DNA from: Eledone cirrhosa | Taxonomy: Eukaryota | DNA length: 64,000 nucleotides | Direction: 5' to 3' | Assembly (NCBI GenBank): GCA_964016885.1 | Contig: CAXHJY010000252.1 | Location: 62,001 to 126,000 of the forward strand | Part shown: piece after piece, positions 60,286 through 64,000 of the stretch | Position numbering within the stretch: position 1 is the stretch's first letter | Layout of the letters: each line of letters begins with the position of its first letter | Notes under the pieces: generated by a model | The model's database searches: none | The model's input: the letters and a program-made list of their open reading frames with translations, nothing else | Told to the model about the DNA's origin: nothing | Position numbers and translations under genes: made by a program

Positions 60286-60452
60286 ATATATAAGATCAAA
60301 AGATGGTTAAAAGAGTTCCATGTATTTTATTATTAACTCTTTTAACCATCTTTTGATCTTATATATTATGTATACTCCAGTCCTACAAACTGTAGAGTGC
60401 TTCTTATCCGATATCTGCATTGCTTTATTGTACTACAATAAAACTCACCTCC

Positions 60453-60455
<3 letters not shown>
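60285..60455. mobile_element. Short fold-back of the 56390 family end plus extension
   Basis: aagatcaaaagatggttaaaagagtt / aactcttttaaccatcttttgatctt. Confidence 0.75.
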
Positions 60456-60487
<32 letters not shown>

Positions 60488-60587
60488 CCCTCCACCCCCC
60501 ACCTCACCCCACTCTCAAGAGCGTGAAACTTATAAACCTTTGTTTGTACTGCCTCTCTGTTTTGTTCCCGTTTAATTTTTCACTATA

Positions 60588-60637
<50 letters not shown>

Positions 60638-60823
60638 ATTATGTATATATATATATATGTATATATACATAATTTTGTATATATATATTTATGTATATAT
60701 ATATATATATATATATAATTATGTATATATATATATGTATATATACATAATTATGTATATATATACATAATTATGTATATATATATATATATATATACAT
60801 ACATCTATATATATATACATAAT

Positions 60824-60875
<52 letters not shown>

Positions 60876-61125
60876 ATTGTTTCTACTTTTTGGCACAAGG
60901 CCAGCAAATACCCAGTGCATTACTGGTACTTTATTTTATCGACCCCGTAAGGATGAAAGGCAAAGTTAACCTCGGCGGGATTTGAACTCAGAATGGCAAG
61001 GGCCGTAACTCTATGCGTCAAAGCATGGCGTCCGACCCTCTACCGATACTGCCAATCCATCGCCCTTGTATGGATTGGCAGTATACCTATATGTATATAT
61101 ACATAATTATGTGTATATATATGTA

Positions 61126-61225
<100 letters not shown>

Positions 61226-61429
61226 CATAAACGGAATAAATGAAACGAAATTTCATTTACCACTCTTAGTACGGCTGTTATCTATATATACATACATAAT
61301 TATCTATATATATGTATATATATATCTAATTATGTATATATATATATATGTACATATACATATACATACATAATTATATTTATATTATATATATCATATA
61401 TATATATAATATAATTATAATTATGTATG

Positions 61430-61515
<86 letters not shown>

Positions 61516-61588
61516 CATACACACACATATATATATGTATATGTGTGCGTGCGTGTGTGAGTATGTTTGTAAATGTATATATGTGCGT

Positions 61589-61679
<91 letters not shown>

Positions 61680-62070
61680 TATACACACATATATATATAT
61701 ATGTTGACATTTGTCTAGATTCCACTAGTATTTCCGTCCAGATCAAGTATGTCAGGCGGCCTTTTAATTAAAGCACTTCAAAGGAAAGAAGGAGATGTGG
61801 TGTGGTGTGGTTACATGGAGGGGTGGCCTACTTCTTACGTGGTCATGATATTTACTGATGTGCTAACGTGTTTCAGTTGTTAGAGTTTTCGGCTCACGAC
61901 CTTAATTACGTGGAACCGGTTCCTAGACACGTCACTGGCTTGTAATTTTGTTATGGAATATGTTATTTCAAGTTGTTCCTTTCTTCTGTCAAGAGTTGCG
62001 ACTGATAGTTAGTATCAGCAATGGATAGACCTATGGGAACATCGTCTCCTTGGTCTGATCTGATAATCAA

Positions 62071-62106
<36 letters not shown>

Positions 62107-62299
62107 GATAAATCTACCAAGAGTTTACGGTAGTGTCCAATCCGTATGAAGAACTCAATGTAATCCGGATATCATGGAAAGCAGAGATGCATTCAAAAAT
62201 CACTTTCGGTGAAAGATAAACGGAATACAGAGTCAAGATAAAATATTAAAAAAATAATGAATAAAACAATGAAACAGTTCCTTATATTAAACAAAAAAA

Positions 62300-62334
<35 letters not shown>

Positions 62335-62343
<9 letters not shown>

Positions 62344-62690
62344 TAAAAGGAAAAGAAAATGCTGACAAATTTTTCCCAGTGAAAAATAGTTTAATTAGGA
62401 ATAAGTATAAATTAGTAATAAGTATTGGTTAGTATTCAGTTTTAATTTTAAGTTTTACCGGTTGCGCATTTCTAATGCTTTTCAAAAATAATTTTGAGAT
62501 AGAGCGCTCGTGATGTTTGTTCTAAACCGAACCGGTAAAAACTTAAAACTAAAACTGAATACTAACCAATACTTATTACTAATTTTTACTTATTCCTAAT
62601 TAAACTATTTTTCACTGGGATAAATTTGTCAGCATTTTCTTTTCCTTTTACTAATATATCACAACTCGTGTGTTACACCTCTATTCTTTA
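62335..62690. mobile_element. Fold-back insert
   Basis: Arms 62335-62463 / 62531-62659 plus a short extension. Confidence 0.85.
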
Positions 62691-62878
62691 AAATATGCAG
62701 AGGTTATATTTAATTTGTTGGGATTCAAAAAGCTTAAAATTTGTTATTACTGATAAAAAAAGCACTCAACAATTTAGTGGAGTAAATACACAATATATTA
62801 ATAAATGGAAACTATATTTATATAACAATCAAAACCGAACGGATGGATAGAGAGAGAGAGAGAAAAAAACGAGAGTGA

Positions 62879-62961
<83 letters not shown>

Positions 62962-62982
62962 AGAGATGGATGGATAGATAGA

Positions 62983-63430
62983 TTTCTTTATTTGCCACAA
63001 GGGCGCACAATAAAAGGGGATAATACAAAGACATATGGCGGGTATTTTATATTCAGTCGTGTAAAAAAAGTTTGAACATGAAAATATAACAACCGAAATC
63101 CCCAATAAGGCGGGGTGGCGTTACAAATAGGTTGTTTAATACCCCGTAGATAGAACAACCCTCAACTCCACGAGCCTGTTGTGCAAGTGCTCCTTTATTC
63201 CTTTTGCTCTCTTCTTCAACCTACAGGTTTATATACAGAGAAGGCCCAATCACTCGGGCCATTTTTACTACATTCACCCAACTTTCAGTAAATTTACTGG
63301 GGTGCAGTGCCTCTCTCTCTCCACTCTGATTCTCCTTCTGAAGTGGTACCTAAAGAAGGGAATGAGTTGGTGTCCGGAGAGAAAGGCATCTGTCCTCAGT
63401 CCTCTCAACCTTGCCCACCATAGCCGCTAT
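62983..63430 (-). mobile_element. L1/Tx1-like LINE 3' end
   Basis: Similar to 44606-44944. Encodes LWWARLRG..RYHFRRRIRVERE and ends in (TCTA)n. Confidence 0.65.
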
Positions 63431-63654
63431 ACAGAGGGAAACCTCTTCTCTTACTGTTATTGTTGTTGTTGTTATGGCTGTTGTTATTGTTGTTATTGTT
63501 GTTATTGTTGTTACTGTTGCTGTAGTTGTTGCATGACCAACCCAGTAACAGAAATATATTGTTTAGACAAGCTTCCATTTAAAGACACGTTTGTATTGCT
63601 TTGTATTAGATTTAAAAAAACTGTCAAATATTTGATATATGGCGAGTGAGGGTT

Positions 63655-64000
63655 GGGGCTGTGTTGGTGGTAAGTTGGTGGAGTGGTTGTGTTGGTGGTG
63701 TCGGTGGTATGGTGGTAAGTCGGTGGAGTGGTTGTGTTGGTGGTGTCGGTGGTGTGGTGGTAAGTCGGTGGAGTGGTTGTGTTGGTGGTGTCGGTGGTAT
63801 GGTGGTAAGTCGGTGGAGTGGTTGTGTTGGTGGTGTCGGTGGTGTGGTGGTAAGTCGGTGGAGTGGTTGTGTTGGTGGTGTCGGTGGTGTGGTGGTAAGT
63901 CGGTGGAGTGGTTGTGTTGGTGGTGTCGGTGGTGTGGTGGTAAGTCAGTGGAGTGGTTGTGTTGGTGGTGTCGGTGGTGTGGTTGTGTTGGTGGTGTCGG
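63655..64000. repeat. 45-bp GT-rich minisatellite x7+
   Basis: taag anchors at 63671, 63716, 63761, 63806, 63851, 63896 and 63941. Confidence 0.95.

Overview
AT-rich eukaryotic intergenic DNA dominated by (TA)n, (CA)n, (TATG)n and (GATA)n microsatellites. The repeat and SINE content resembles a cephalopod (Octopus-like) genome, which is an inference. No host gene is recognisable, and nearly all ORF-track entries are microsatellite artefacts. Real content: (1) a young head-to-tail dimer of a 4.13-kb Penelope-like retroelement (PLE; RT + GIY-YIG, Asn-rich insert) with an inverted terminal segment, inserted in (TA)n; (2) truncated pieces of other PLEs, including two Naiad-like ones; (3) about 20 fold-back (inverted-repeat) inserts of 80-550 bp in (TA)n; (4) more than 20 type-I hammerhead ribozyme (HHR) motifs found by eye; (5) a non-coding 628-bp HHR unit with a 203-bp terminal redundancy (retrozyme-like); (6) RTE and Tx1/L1-like LINE ends, tRNA-derived SINEs, a tRNA-Val-like gene, two Helitron relics and several minisatellites. 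The most interesting signal is a (TA)n-targeted PLE/hammerhead system in which the fold-back junctions appear to coincide with ribozyme structure. All folds and alignments were done by eye.
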